Virus record (IMG/VR): IMGVR_UViG_3300013120_000407
Coordinates: 1-24,175 of that record
Source: a virus
Taxonomy: Duplodnaviria; Caudoviricetes
Reading direction: 5' to 3' (one strand)
Length of the DNA: 24,175 bases
Shown: positions 22,876 to 24,175 of the stretch, piece by piece
How the letters are laid out: each line of letters begins with the position of its first letter
Position numbering within the stretch: position 1 is the first letter of the stretch
Made by a program: the position numbers and the translations under genes
The notes under the pieces: generated by a model
Database searches by the model: none
Told to the model about the DNA's origin: nothing
What the model saw: only the letters and a program-made list of their open reading frames with translations

Positions 22876-23010
22876 CCCTGGCTCTCCTCGTCGTCTTCGT
22901 TGTCCTCGTCCCAGCCAGCCAGCAGCCCCAGCCCCTTGATTCGGTGTCAGGATGCGGCCATCGGCCAGCAGTAAGCCCCTTTGCGTGCCCATTCCATTGA
23001 TGTCATCCAC
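22872..23010 (-). pseudogene. Small (~45-codon) gene with a frame disruption
   Basis: Fills the gap between two genes and ends in a GTGA overlap; the 3' half (LGLLAGWDEDNEDDEESQG*) has high GC3 but is cut from any start by TGA at 22947-22949 or by one extra base. Confidence 0.5.
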
Positions 23011-23317
23011 GATCGTCCTCCCTCCTGAACACCAGCCGCCGCATGTCCTCGAGATGGTATTGCGTGGCCCGCAGCTGCCCCGTGGTGGACACTTCGTCCG
23101 AGGGCCGCAACCCAGCCCGCCACAGGTCATCCAGCAGGACCTGGGCCGCCTCCTGTTCCAGGATGGCGGTGGGCCCCACGGCCGTGCCCTCGTCCACCTC
23201 CTCCGCCTCTATGGCCCTGGACACGGCCCGACGTCTCCCCCTGTCGTCCACGTCCATGACCAGGAGCTCGTATCCAGCGGACCACGGAGCCGTGGTGATG
23301 CGTAGGCATAGGGACAT
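23003..23317 (-). CDS. Hypothetical phage protein (104 aa)
   Basis: Start re-called at ATG 23317 (GGAGGA RBS, 2 nt after the upstream stop); AQVLLDDLWRAGLRPS...HLEDMRRLVF. Confidence 0.75.
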   Translation of the reverse strand: MSLCLRITTAPWSAGYELLVMDVDDRGRRRAVSRAIEAEEVDEGTAVGPTAILEQEAAQVLLDDLWRAGLRPSDEVSTTGQLRATQYHLEDMRRLVFRREDDRG

Positions 23318-23319
23318 GG

Positions 23320-23670
23320 CTAGTCCTCCTCCGCGGCCGTATCCTCGGCCGCCTCCACGCGCGTCCGCGCGTTCTTCTCTCCCTTGGCGTCCGAGGATAC
23401 GGACGCGGCCCATGGTCGCCACTGCCCCGGATCCCCGCTCAGCTCCCGCACCATGGCCTCCAACGCGTCTATCCGGTCGTGGAGCCTGTCCAGCGACTCC
23501 ACGCAGTCCCTGTGGGCATCGGACTCGGCCTGGCGGAGCCTGTGGACCTCGTGGGCTATCACCCACTCCCGCCGGCTCCCGCCGTGCTGGTACAGGTCCA
23601 GGATCGCATCCGCGACAGACATCGGCTCCCTGTCCTGGGCTGCTGGTGGTGCTTTCGTTTCGTTACCCAC
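23320..23670 (-). CDS. Hypothetical coiled-coil protein (116 aa)
   Basis: GTG start with GGAGGG upstream; overlaps the upstream stop; heptad segment LDRLHDRIDALEAMVREL. Confidence 0.7.
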   Translation of the reverse strand: MGNETKAPPAAQDREPMSVADAILDLYQHGGSRREWVIAHEVHRLRQAESDAHRDCVESLDRLHDRIDALEAMVRELSGDPGQWRPWAASVSSDAKGEKNARTRVEAAEDTAAEED

Positions 23671-23950
23671 GTCCTATGCCCTCCACCTCGGCCCACGGCC
23701 GCCAGAACCCCCGCTCTGTATCCTGCACCCACCTATGCCCGTTCGTTTTCCACCACTCCACCGCCTGGCGACCGATACACGGATCGTATCTGTGCGCCCA
23801 GTTTTCCAGCCCCAGGTGGGGGTTATACCGCCCCCAGCCCCTCGCACAGCTCCCCACAGCTCCCTGGACCCGCTCCCACTCCAGACACTCCCCGCAACGC
23901 AGCCCAGGCACGTCCAGGGGGTCCTGGGGGACCAGGGACAGCTGGGTCAT
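23663..23950 (-). CDS. Hypothetical Cys/Trp-rich protein (95 aa)
   Basis: ATGA-coupled; CGEC...C...C possible zinc site. Confidence 0.65.
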   Translation of the reverse strand: MTQLSLVPQDPLDVPGLRCGECLEWERVQGAVGSCARGWGRYNPHLGLENWAHRYDPCIGRQAVEWWKTNGHRWVQDTERGFWRPWAEVEGIGRG

Positions 23951-24174
23951 GCTTTCGCCCTCCGCGCACGACTGCGGGAACCATCACTCCGCCGTTGCGA
24001 ATCCTCCCCTGTGTATGTCCATCCCCTGTCAGTCCACCGCATCCGAGGGATATGTCCGCAATCGCCTTCCATCCATACGAGATCACCGATGCGGGCCTGT
24101 TCGTAGTTCGGCCATGACCAACGATGCACGTGTCCACAATGGGGACAGGTCCAGACATGCTGCCAACGATCCAT
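23947..24174 (-). CDS. Hypothetical zinc-ribbon-like protein (75 aa or longer; may be cut by the window edge)
   Basis: WTCPHCGH...DCGH; its stop overlaps the next ATG. Confidence 0.55.
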   Translation of the reverse strand: MDRWQHVWTCPHCGHVHRWSWPNYEQARIGDLVWMEGDCGHIPRMRWTDRGWTYTGEDSQRRSDGSRSRARRAKA

Positions 24175-24175
24175 C

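Noticed and set aside
22947-22949. Selenocysteine or genome-wide TGA recoding
   Set aside because: No convincing SECIS-like hairpin follows, and TGA, TAG and TAA all act as normal stops in tightly coupled genes across the window.
296-23566. ORF-track starts at 952, 864, 1894, 14963, 23130 and 23566
   Set aside because: These extensions overlap upstream genes; starts at 565, 849, 1714, 14945, 22875 and 23317 have RBSs or stop/start overlaps.

Overview
The window is a contiguous piece of a high-GC tailed dsDNA phage or prophage of siphovirus type (tail tube and tape measure, no sheath). Almost every gene is on the minus strand. Read from 24175 down to 1: a cluster of small genes (zinc-ribbon-like, one HTH-like, one frame-disrupted), putative packaging site, terminase small and large subunits, portal, scaffold, major capsid, a post-capsid protein with an AT-hook-like tail, an FmdB-type zinc ribbon, head-tail adaptor, tail terminator, a 1007-aa protein with seven 109-aa repeats, tail tube, tail assembly chaperone with a predicted -1 frameshift, HK97 gp10-like protein, tape measure, a 1080-aa Asp-box tail protein, tail hub, a lower-GC patch with a reverse-strand lipoprotein and a fibre-like gene, then amidase endolysin, holin and a two-component spanin-like pair (suggesting a diderm host). 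No integrase, repressor, tRNA, CRISPR or reverse transcriptase was seen. The most notable signals are non-coding: four copies of a 15-bp TTGT-N7-ACAA palindrome over two internal sigma70-like promoters (portal and capsid), a capsid leader with two mutually exclusive RNA folds, an intrinsic terminator abutting the scaffold RBS, and an anti-SD switch after the capsid gene. All product calls come from motifs and gene order read by eye; no database search was run.
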